A stretch of DNA of 64,000 nucleotides from an uncultured Candidatus Peribacteria bacterium (GCA_964473745.1 CAYYQE010000008.1:73-64072); one strand, 5' to 3'; counted from the stretch's first letter, positions 37,221 to 46,592 are shown. Made by a program: numbers and translations. Notes: a model not told the origin generated them from the sequence alone.

Positions 37221-38149
37221 TCCAGCTCCAAAACCTCTGGCAACCAATTACAATAATTGCCTTCTTTTTTTAATTCTTCCCTAATTTTGCGCATTTCTTT
37301 GCGCCACATCCCTTCAGAATAATTTTCATTCAAAATCATAAACTTCCCGTGATTCACTCCTACACACCCAAACATATGATGCGAATTAAAAACCCGCACA
37401 CAAAATTCCGCATCACGCGTATTCCCACACTGCCAACAAAAATTACAGTTATACAAATCATATCCCATCACACATTCATACAACAACTCGCCAGTCATAC
37501 ATTCGGTATCATAAATATCCTTACTTTTATCCACAATATGATAAGAATTTGCCGCGTCCTCGACATCATTCATGGAATAACAATTCAAACAATTCTTGGA
37601 ATTATAAATATGATCTCCGGTGCAATTTTCGGAATGAAGCTGAACCGACGCAATATGGGGAATTTTTTCACGCAGTGCTCCCACTTTTTCCAAAACTTCT
37701 TGCTGTTTTGCCGGAGTATCGGCCCGAAGCTCAGCTATTTTTTGCAAATACTCTTCTTTGGAATAAGGGGCATTAAAAATATGAAAACTTTTTTGCCTAA
37801 GCCCCACACACCCAAAACAATCATTACAACTTTTGCAATCATAACAAAACTGCAAATCGCGTGACCCCACACATTCCTCGCAAAAATCACAGTTATAACA
37901 CCGCTCACAAAACTCACATTCATAACAAAGTTCACACTTCATGCAGTGATACGTATCGCAACAATCTTTAAGCGTATTTGGATAGTAACAATAATAAGAA
38001 TCCTCACATTTATACCCAACAAAACACATGTAGGAATCCTTGGAAAAAGACAAACAATGCACGTAATCGCAGTTCTTGTTTGTTACCGAACGCAACGCAT
38101 ATGTTGGCTGGGATTCCAGTAGTTTTTTGAATTTTTCCAAAAAGCTCAT
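37217..38149 (-). CDS. Cysteine-ladder repeat protein, paralog A (uncharacterised)
   Basis: A 310-aa protein with about 32 Cys. It contains a CxxC ladder (CMKCELCYECEFCERCYNCDFCEEC) and an internal duplication whose halves end in CNDCFGCVGLRQKSFHIFNAPYSKEEY and HHMFGCVGVNHGKFMILNENYSEGMW. Confidence 0.7.
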   Translation of the reverse strand: MSFLEKFKKLLESQPTYALRSVTNKNCDYVHCLSFSKDSYMCFVGYKCEDSYYCYYPNTLKDCCDTYHCMKCELCYECEFCERCYNCDFCEECVGSRDLQFCYDCKSCNDCFGCVGLRQKSFHIFNAPYSKEEYLQKIAELRADTPAKQQEVLEKVGALREKIPHIASVQLHSENCTGDHIYNSKNCLNCYSMNDVEDAANSYHIVDKSKDIYDTECMTGELLYECVMGYDLYNCNFCWQCGNTRDAEFCVRVFNSHHMFGCVGVNHGKFMILNENYSEGMWRKEMRKIREELKKEGNYCNWLPEVLELD

Positions 38150-38164
38150 GAGCAGATTATAACA

Positions 38165-38446
38165 CTACCCCAGATGCTTCCAAAAACATTCCTGACAATA
38201 AACAATATATTTAGATTCCGGAGAATAAGTCGAAATAATATCGTTTTGGCACTTATCACATTTTCGTTTATATAATTTACGCTCATTCCGAAGAGAAAGT
38301 CGCCTTTTTTGACGACAATCCGGACAATTTTCTGGAAACGGCAGGTCTTTTTTCTTATAAAACTTCTGTTCCTGCTCAATTATCAAAAAATCCTTTGAGC
38401 AAGCCTTACATTTTGCAACCTTATTTTCAGTAGTAGTTTCTGTCAT
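38165..38446 (-). CDS. Stand-alone double zinc-ribbon protein
   Basis: A 93-aa protein with four CxxC pairs (CKAC...CPDC...CDKC...CQEC). It is homologous to both termini of the 533-aa fusion protein. Confidence 0.7.
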   Translation of the reverse strand: MTETTTENKVAKCKACSKDFLIIEQEQKFYKKKDLPFPENCPDCRQKRRLSLRNERKLYKRKCDKCQNDIISTYSPESKYIVYCQECFWKHLG

Positions 38447-38466
38447 GATTAGAAGGGTTAAATTAT

Positions 38467-39411
38467 TTAAGAAAGTTCAGGGACAGCCAATTCTGGATAG
38501 GTCGTTGGCAAATGTTTACCATATTCACCACTAGCTCTCATCTCAGCCTTAATCTCTGCTACTTTGCGGTGCCAATCCTCCTTGGAATACTGCTTATTAA
38601 AGATGCAATATTCTGCTCGATTCATCGTAAAACACCCAAACATATGATGCGAATTGTAAACATTTTCACAATACTCCAAATCATAAGAATCGAAAACCCC
38701 GTAACAATAGTTACAATTCGTAATATTCATGGCTGACATGATTTCGTAATTAAGCTCCGACTTATAATAATTATTTGAACAATCTAGAGAATCGGTAATT
38801 TCCTCACAATTATTCAAATAAGAACAATCCTGAAGTTTCTTAACATCAAAACAGTAATAACAATTCTTACAATTATAAATATAATCACCAAAAGATTTCT
38901 CGTTTTGATCGCCTCGAAGCATTAATCGCGGCATCTTCTTTTTAAGCTCCTTCACCTGCTGATCAATCTCTTCTCGCGATATTTGCTTTAATTCAGCTAA
39001 TTTAGATTCATACTCCTTCTTTGTGAATTTCTCATTAAAAATGTGATATTCCTTGCGCCGCAAACCCACACATCCAAAACAATCATTACACCCAACCATG
39101 TCAAAACAGTGCCGTAAACTTCGTGAACTTTTACAATCCTGACACCCTTCACATTCATAACATTCATGACAGTCTACACAGTCGTAACAAAGTCGACAAT
39201 AAAAGCAATAATCACAATCCGTGCAGTCCTCAGAGTTATATAAAAAGTATCCATAATAACAATCTTCGTCATATTCACTCCCCACTAACAAATAACAATT
39301 TTTAGTGTTCCCACTGTAATTTACAAATTCGCTGTTTTCGCAATTTACATAGAGTAAACCGACTCGCGGATGCTTATTTCTAAGCTCAATCATTTGATGA
39401 ATGTAGGACAT
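38467..39411 (-). CDS. Cysteine-ladder repeat protein, paralog B (uncharacterised)
   Basis: A 314-aa protein with the same architecture and signatures as paralog A (CNDCFGCVGLRRKEYHIFNEKFTKKEY; HHMFGCFTMNRAEYCIFNKQYSKEDW). Confidence 0.7.
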   Translation of the reverse strand: MSYIHQMIELRNKHPRVGLLYVNCENSEFVNYSGNTKNCYLLVGSEYDEDCYYGYFLYNSEDCTDCDYCFYCRLCYDCVDCHECYECEGCQDCKSSRSLRHCFDMVGCNDCFGCVGLRRKEYHIFNEKFTKKEYESKLAELKQISREEIDQQVKELKKKMPRLMLRGDQNEKSFGDYIYNCKNCYYCFDVKKLQDCSYLNNCEEITDSLDCSNNYYKSELNYEIMSAMNITNCNYCYGVFDSYDLEYCENVYNSHHMFGCFTMNRAEYCIFNKQYSKEDWHRKVAEIKAEMRASGEYGKHLPTTYPELAVPELS

Positions 39412-39514
39412 AATGTTGACAAATTAAATGACGATTGCATAGTAACACCTACCCACCAAATGTCAAGCGCTGACGACGCAATCCCGCCGTCGAAAAACTT
39501 TCGACAATCCCTTT

Positions 39515-41521
39515 CTAAAGCAGTATCATTTCCTTTAAATCAAAGGCATTAATCGGGTTAAATTCATCGGCATGTTCGCTGGCATATTTAACTGTGGCCT
39601 CATAAAGAGCCCAGTGACTATCTTGCATGTTTTGTGATCGGAAATCCGGTGTCTCTTCATGTACCCCAACTTCAAAAGGCGGCTCTTTTGTCACTTGCTT
39701 ACTATCATCCTCCCAATACACCGGCCAAAAAGGCGTACCTTGCAAATAAAAATTATTCTCGTGATATTTCATATTAATAAACTGCGGACCATTCTCCGCC
39801 TCCACCATCTGTTCTACGGCTCTAATAAACACATCCTCCCCTCCGGTCTGTGAACGCACCCATTCATACAATTTGACCTCAGAATGTTCGGGACGAACAT
39901 AAGATCCATAACGCTCATCTCCTAAATCTGGGTCGTTTCGACTTACAACAAACTGCCCTCCCTTATCCTTATAAACCTTGGCCAAAACCTCTCCAATTTC
40001 ACCCCCAACAGAAACCCCAGTAATTAACGGCGCATAACCAATCGCATCTTTTACAAACTGGTATCCGCCAGGTTCATCCAAAGTAAGCCCTGTTTCTAAA
40101 TCTAACCGATACTCCTCGTATTCGGTAAGAATCTTTTCCAATTCAACTTTATCCATTTCATTTAATCCTACTAAATCTTCAAACCCACTATAATAAGGAG
40201 TTGCTGGCCGCACATGATACGAAATTGCCACCATTTCCGAACTACTTAGTCGCTCCACCAACTCCGGATAATCCGCCACATAATTCTGAAAAGACGGACC
40301 TGTCACATAAATATCCACCGGCACCTGATACTGCTCGTGAATATCAATCACCTTATTAATTGCTTCCGCACTATTCTCAGGATACACCCAATCATGCACA
40401 TTTAAGGTAAAAAGGGTGTAAACATCCTTCAAATCATCATTTTGGACCGCGACCACATCCAACGCTACGGATTCTAAATAAACCTGAACTACATCCCACT
40501 GACTAGCCCATTGCAAAACTCCGTCATCTTGTAATTTTTGCGTTTCGGAAAAAAAGTAGCGAAGGGCATCTTCATTTTCCTCTTCAAAAATACTAACTGG
40601 CAAATAAACATTTAATTTCGCCACACGCGTTTTATCTCTAACAGACTCCATCTCCAAAACCTGCTCCAGGAATGCATCAACATCCTCACGCGTAAGTTCT
40701 GCCTCATCATCAAAACCGCCATCATCGGCCTGACTGGCCAAAGTCCCCATATCACCACTACTTATCACAATTATCCCATCCTCATCATGTTCAAAATCAT
40801 TTAAATCCTTGAGTTTCATTAAATAAATACGATCTTCTAAATTTTCGGGAGCTGGGTCATGAAAATGATCCAAAATATATTCGTCGGTCCAGGTTGGGTC
40901 TGGTCTATTTTCTTGCGGAATCGGAAGCAAAGCTCGCGCCACAATCCCATCTATATATTTAAATCCCGCAATTTCCGCTGCCGTTACCCAATCATTCATG
41001 CCATTTCCTCCTGAACAACCATGATTATTTTCTTCGCCGATCAGATCATCAACCAAAGCCTTATTAACCGCAAAAGCCTTTGAAAACTCCATCGGATTCA
41101 ACTCATTATCCGTATACTTCGGCCCCAAATCACAGTGAGTCCCCACCCCATGTCCACGATCCATGATTTCTTTCATCATATTGTGATCCCAAAGCGTATT
41201 CGCCCTGGCAAACGGCTGCTCAGATTCAATCGTCAAAATCGCGTCATACTCATCCGCCATATCCATTCCATATCGAAGTTCTTCCACATGCCTCCAAAAC
41301 ATATTCTCATTCTCATCATCATTATGACCAATTTCCATGTGAGTCATAGTGGTCATGTAAAGAGGATATTCTTGAACCGTTTCTTCTGGTAAATCTAGCG
41401 GCAGAACCTCATCAATAACCTGTTCAGGGACCTCTTCATCTAAATTATTCCAATAAAAAAGACCGCCAATCCCAAAAATTAAAACAAAAAAAAGCACCGA
41501 AAGGATAATATTACGTCTCAT
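39515..41521 (-). CDS. Signal-anchored extracytoplasmic protein, unknown function
   Basis: A 668-aa protein with an N-terminal TM helix (IILSVLFFVLIFGIGGLFYW). It has two roughly similar halves with His/Asp-rich motifs (HMEIGHNDD, GTHCD; NVHDWV, SYHVRP), possibly a metal-dependent carbohydrate esterase-like fold. This is a weak call. Confidence 0.5.
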   Translation of the reverse strand: MRRNIILSVLFFVLIFGIGGLFYWNNLDEEVPEQVIDEVLPLDLPEETVQEYPLYMTTMTHMEIGHNDDENENMFWRHVEELRYGMDMADEYDAILTIESEQPFARANTLWDHNMMKEIMDRGHGVGTHCDLGPKYTDNELNPMEFSKAFAVNKALVDDLIGEENNHGCSGGNGMNDWVTAAEIAGFKYIDGIVARALLPIPQENRPDPTWTDEYILDHFHDPAPENLEDRIYLMKLKDLNDFEHDEDGIIVISSGDMGTLASQADDGGFDDEAELTREDVDAFLEQVLEMESVRDKTRVAKLNVYLPVSIFEEENEDALRYFFSETQKLQDDGVLQWASQWDVVQVYLESVALDVVAVQNDDLKDVYTLFTLNVHDWVYPENSAEAINKVIDIHEQYQVPVDIYVTGPSFQNYVADYPELVERLSSSEMVAISYHVRPATPYYSGFEDLVGLNEMDKVELEKILTEYEEYRLDLETGLTLDEPGGYQFVKDAIGYAPLITGVSVGGEIGEVLAKVYKDKGGQFVVSRNDPDLGDERYGSYVRPEHSEVKLYEWVRSQTGGEDVFIRAVEQMVEAENGPQFINMKYHENNFYLQGTPFWPVYWEDDSKQVTKEPPFEVGVHEETPDFRSQNMQDSHWALYEATVKYASEHADEFNPINAFDLKEMILL

Positions 41522-41584
41522 ATTTGGAGGGTTAGTTTTCTTGATTATCTTACCACAAAAGCTGTTTTACCCTACAATGACCCC

Positions 41585-43186
41585 ATGAATACCTGCACCC
41601 AATGTCAAAATACGTTCGAAATTTCTGAAAAAAATCAGACTTTTTACGAACAAATCGCAGTCCCGCCACCAAAAAAATGCCCGGACTGTCGTTTAGTACG
41701 CCGTTTTATCGAACGCAATCCCAAAACTCTATACTATAGACTTTGCGATTTCACCAAAAACAATACTCTTTCTCAATTTCACGCTGATCAACCTTTTCCA
41801 GTTTACAGTCCAGAATCTTGGTGGAGCGAGAATTGGGACATCTTAAAATATGGTCAGGATTTTGACTTTGATCGCCCTTTTTTCGAACAATTTTTGGAAC
41901 TCAAAAACCGAACTCCACACCTCGCGCTCTTTAACACTGGTGGCACTATCCAAAACAGTGATTTCAACAACTGCACCGCTTATTTAAAAGACTGCTACTT
42001 AATTGCGGAAAGCGACTACTGTGAAGCCTGTTATTACTCAAATTTATTAAAAAATTGCCAATCCGTCGTGGACTGCTCAGTCTGCTACAAAGACGAACTT
42101 TGCTACGAATGTATCGACTGCACTAATTGTTATGCCTTACTCTATTCCCAAGACTGCCAAACCTGTAAAGATAGCTATTTTCTCCAAAACTGTACCTCCT
42201 GCTCTGATTGTATTGGCTGTATCAACCAACGCCAGCAGCAGTACCTAATTTTCAATAAAAAATACTCAAAAGAAGAATACGAAAAATTTAAAAACCAATT
42301 TGCTCTAAACACAAAAGAAGGAGTCGCTAAACTTGCACAAACCTGCACGGAATTCTTTTTAACCCAACCGAGAAAAAACCTCATCGCCGAACATAATGAA
42401 GGAAGCTCCGGAGATCATCTTTTCAACTCCAAAAACGCGCACCACTGTTTTGACAGCATTGATTTAGAAGATTGCTCCTACTGCGCCAAACTAACTCTGG
42501 GCGTCAAAACCTCTATGGATTACAATTCCTGGGGAAACAAATGCGAACTCATGTATCAGTGCACTTCCTGCGGGGATCACTGCTATAACTTAAAATTCTG
42601 CGCCAACTGCCAAAGTGACATGAATAATTGTGAATACTGCGTCGAATGTTTTGGCTGCTCCGACTGCTTTGGCTGCGCTAATCTAAAAAAAGAAAGCTTT
42701 TGCATCTTTAATAAAAAATACTCCGAAAAAGACTATCACGAGCTAAAAAATCGCATCATTGCCCATATGAAAAAAACGGGTGAATATGGCGAATTTTTTC
42801 CAATCGAAATTTGTCCGTACGGGTACAACGAAACCATGGCCATGGACGCTTTTCCCCTCACCAAAGAACAAGCTCTTGAACAAGGATTCAAATGGTATGA
42901 CCCCCCTGAACCAAAATCATCCAGCAATACGAACGCCGCCCTTTGCGATTGCGGCAAAAACTTTAAAATCATCAACCAAGAAGTAGTTTTTTACAAAAAA
43001 CTAAACATCCCCACTCCTGATAAATGCCCCCTCTGCCGTCACAAAACCCGCATAGCCAAACGTAGGCCACTTAAATTATGGGACCGTAAGTGCACCAAAT
43101 GCAACGCCGCCATTAAATCTAATTACGCCCCCGAACGTCCCGAAATAATCTACTGCGAAAAATGTTATTTAAAGGAGGTCTATTAA
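41585..43186 (+). CDS. Fusion protein: zinc-ribbon + duplicated cysteine-ladder domain + double zinc-ribbon (paralog C)
   Basis: A 533-aa protein. The N-terminus (CTQCQNTFEISEKNQTFYEQ...CPDCRLVRR) and C-terminus (CDCGKNFKIINQEVVFYKK...CPLCRHKTR...CTKC...YCEKCY) both match the 93-aa protein. The middle matches paralogs A and B. Confidence 0.75.
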   Translation: MNTCTQCQNTFEISEKNQTFYEQIAVPPPKKCPDCRLVRRFIERNPKTLYYRLCDFTKNNTLSQFHADQPFPVYSPESWWSENWDILKYGQDFDFDRPFFEQFLELKNRTPHLALFNTGGTIQNSDFNNCTAYLKDCYLIAESDYCEACYYSNLLKNCQSVVDCSVCYKDELCYECIDCTNCYALLYSQDCQTCKDSYFLQNCTSCSDCIGCINQRQQQYLIFNKKYSKEEYEKFKNQFALNTKEGVAKLAQTCTEFFLTQPRKNLIAEHNEGSSGDHLFNSKNAHHCFDSIDLEDCSYCAKLTLGVKTSMDYNSWGNKCELMYQCTSCGDHCYNLKFCANCQSDMNNCEYCVECFGCSDCFGCANLKKESFCIFNKKYSEKDYHELKNRIIAHMKKTGEYGEFFPIEICPYGYNETMAMDAFPLTKEQALEQGFKWYDPPEPKSSSNTNAALCDCGKNFKIINQEVVFYKKLNIPTPDKCPLCRHKTRIAKRRPLKLWDRKCTKCNAAIKSNYAPERPEIIYCEKCYLKEVY

Positions 43187-43569
43187 ACCCTCCCCACAAA
43201 CATTCCCAATTCCTTAAACAACGGCACCCACGTCTCATATTTTTTGGAAAGGAGAATTTTGTAGGTTTTGGGTTCATTGCTGCGCACGACCAACACATTT
43301 TTGTTCAAACCATATTTCCCCTGCGCCACATACTCGATATCTTTAAGTGGCAGGTTAAAAACAAATGGATTCGGATGCCACGGCTTACCTGTTATCATCC
43401 CCCACACCTTGCGTGGCCATTCATAAAAAATTGTTAGCCAGTGCACGGTCGTAACTTTCAAAACTAGGCGCTGATTTGTTAAGTACAGCCGATAACTCAT
43501 GTTCATATTAAATTTCATATAACGAACATAATCGTCGACCAATAATTTTTCGTTTGGATGAAGTTGCAT
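43183..43569 (-). CDS. Hypothetical 128-aa protein (bacterial PH-domain-like?)
   Basis: An ORF with host-like composition. The pattern RLYLTNQRLVLK ... LPLKDIEYV is reminiscent of bPH/GRAM-like folds. This is a weak call. Confidence 0.4.
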   Translation of the reverse strand: MQLHPNEKLLVDDYVRYMKFNMNMSYRLYLTNQRLVLKVTTVHWLTIFYEWPRKVWGMITGKPWHPNPFVFNLPLKDIEYVAQGKYGLNKNVLVVRSNEPKTYKILLSKKYETWVPLFKELGMFVGRV

Positions 43570-43588
43570 GTGAATATTTTAGCACAGC

Positions 43589-43616
43589 TTGACTCATCCT
43601 CAACTTGCCCTACACT
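43589..43616 (+). promoter_or_regulatory. Sigma-70-type promoter in front of GC-rich island 2
   Basis: TTGACT (43589..43594), a 16-nt spacer, then TACACT (43611..43616). Confidence 0.45.
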
Positions 43617-43706
43617 TAAGCCACCTAATCTCGTGATTTCGCTCCACCCCAACCTGAGAGCGGACTCCAGAAAGGTCCCGTTCTTACACAAATTGGAGGT
43701 CCTCTC

Positions 43707-44066
43707 ATGGACTGGAAGAAGTTGGCCATCTGGGCCTTCAAGTTTCTCTATGCCGGAGGTATCGGCCTGTTCGCTGGCGGTTTGACATGGATTGTCACTG
43801 CCAACGCACTCTGCGGAGGGATCGTGCTGATCATGGCGTTCTTGACCAAGAAGTACGCCCTGAATAACCTGATCTCCGAACTCTCGCTGAAGCATCTCCT
43901 GATCGCAGAAATCGGTTGCCCCATCGTGGTGGGACTGGAGATGATCCTGGTCGTGGGCGCCTACAAGCTGCTTGGCTGGGAATTCGTCCTTGTCGTATCC
44001 ACGATTCTGGCCTTCTCTGGCTTGGCTGTAGACAGAAAGATCAACCCCTCGATCGCCAGCCAGTGA
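43707..44066 (+). CDS. Hypothetical 119-aa four-helix membrane protein in GC-rich island 2
   Basis: A strong RBS (GGAGG) lies 7 nt upstream of the ATG. There are about four hydrophobic helices and G/C-biased codon third positions. Confidence 0.6.
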   Translation: MDWKKLAIWAFKFLYAGGIGLFAGGLTWIVTANALCGGIVLIMAFLTKKYALNNLISELSLKHLLIAEIGCPIVVGLEMILVVGAYKLLGWEFVLVVSTILAFSGLAVDRKINPSIASQ

Positions 44067-44090
44067 CCTCGGTGCAAGAACGGGCAAAAA

Positions 44091-44112
44091 CCCCCGCTGA
44101 AACATGCGGGGG
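44091..44112. terminator. GC-rich hairpin after the 119-aa ORF
   Basis: CCCCCGC-tgaaacat-GCGGGGG is preceded by AAAAA, so the T-tract is better on the minus strand. It may act bidirectionally. Confidence 0.5.
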
Positions 44113-44134
44113 TCTTGCCAAACAACAATTAATA

Positions 44135-44222
44135 TTTGTGCCCGGGCACAAACTCTAACCTGCAAATCTGTGCGTACGCACAGATTCACGTGCACTAAGG
44201 CGGCGTGATTGCTCACGCCGCC
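44135..44222. repeat. Array of three further perfect palindromes/hairpins
   Basis: The three are TTTGTGCCCGGGCACAAA (44135..44152), AATCTGTGCGTACGCACAGATT (44165..44186) and GGCGGCGTG-attgct-CACGCCGCC (44199..44222). CACGTGCAC lies between the last two. Confidence 0.8.
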
Positions 44223-44231
44223 AGGGCCTGT

Positions 44232-44363
44232 CTATTCATCTTCTTCTTCGCAAGCCATAACAGCTGCTGCGATTCCGACGATAACGCCCGCTGCAACACT
44301 GATCCAGTTGGCAACCAGAGCTCCCACAAGGAGCCCGACACCCACCGCTCGTACGTACTTCAT
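44232..44363 (-). CDS. 43-aa glycine-zipper-like hydrophobic peptide with acidic tail
   Basis: This ORF is not in the supplied track. My minus-strand translation is MKYVRAVGVGLLVGALVANWISVAAGVIVGIAAAVMACEEEDE. An AGGAG lies 8 nt upstream of the ATG at 44363, and the stop is at 44232..44234. Confidence 0.45.
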   Translation of the reverse strand: MKYVRAVGVGLLVGALVANWISVAAGVIVGIAAAVMACEEEDE

Positions 44364-44379
44364 CCGAAGACTCCTATTG

Positions 44380-44419
44380 GGTTAGCGACCTAACAACTTA
44401 AATTACCAGATCGCTAACC
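44380..44419 (-). promoter_or_regulatory. Inverted repeat in the leader of the 43-aa ORF
   Basis: GGTTAGCGA (44380..44388) and TCGCTAACC (44411..44419) are separated by 22 nt, just upstream of the RBS. This could be an operator or a 5'-UTR hairpin. Confidence 0.45.
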
Positions 44420-44540
44420 TAATATTAGACAGGACTTTTTTCAGACAAATTGCGCTAAATCTAGACAATTCATCAATCAAAAAAGCAACTAATTAAAGCA
44501 AGGATAAATTAATTTGTAAAGGATTTCCTAATCACGGATT

Positions 44541-44580
44541 TATAAAAGGCCCGAAACCGCAACGCGATCCCGGGCCCTTC
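44541..44580 (-). terminator. Intrinsic terminator downstream of groEL
   Basis: On the minus strand the GGCCCG/CGGGCC stem (44548..44553 with 44571..44576) is followed by TTTTATAAA. Confidence 0.5.
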
Positions 44581-44595
44581 AAATTTCTCACATTC

Positions 44596-46269
<1,674 letters not shown>

Positions 46270-46277
46270 TTAATTTT

Positions 46278-46565
46278 TTAGGAAATAACTGCCAAAACAT
46301 CACTTTCATTCAGGAAAAGAAGCTCTTTTCCGTCGTGTTTGACCTCACTTGGACCGTATTTGGAAAAAAGAACAACGTCCCCCACCTTAACAGTCATTTT
46401 ATTTCTTTCACCTTTATCGTTTGTTTTACCTGGTCCAACAGCCAGCACCTTCCCTTTTTGTGGTTTTTCTTTGGCGGAATCTGGAAGGACGATCCCAGAT
46501 GGTGTGGTGGTTTCCTCCTCGAGGCGCTCAACTACCAAGCCATCACTCAATGGTTGTAAATTCAT
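46278..46565 (-). CDS. groES: Co-chaperonin GroES
   Basis: A 95-aa protein. The pattern [44 protein letters not shown] fits GroES. Confidence 0.95.
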   Translation of the reverse strand: MNLQPLSDGLVVERLEEETTTPSGIVLPDSAKEKPQKGKVLAVGPGKTNDKGERNKMTVKVGDVVLFSKYGPSEVKHDGKELLFLNESDVLAVIS

Positions 46566-46592
46566 AGTTTTAAGGTTATTGATTACTATATT

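Noticed and set aside
37349-37935. Plus-strand and minus-strand ORFs within cysteine-ladder gene A (37349..37864, 37549..37776, 37735..37935), and analogous ones in gene B (38512..38736, 39123..39305).
   Set aside because: They are antisense or alternative-frame products of the Cys codon-rich repeats (TGT/TGC read as ACA/GCA). They are not conserved between the paralogs, whereas the ladder frame is.
38146-38379. A 77-aa alternative-frame ORF overlapping the zinc-ribbon gene.
   Set aside because: The 93-aa frame (38165..38446) has four CxxC pairs and clear homology to both ends of the fusion protein. The 77-aa frame has neither.
43515-44216. A 233-aa minus-strand ORF spanning island 2, plus the + ORFs 43558..43785 and 43916..44158.
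   Set aside because: The 233-aa ORF is antisense to the 119-aa membrane ORF. It starts inside the hairpin array, runs through the palindromes and across the island/host compositional boundary, and has no RBS. It is most likely a GC-driven artefact.
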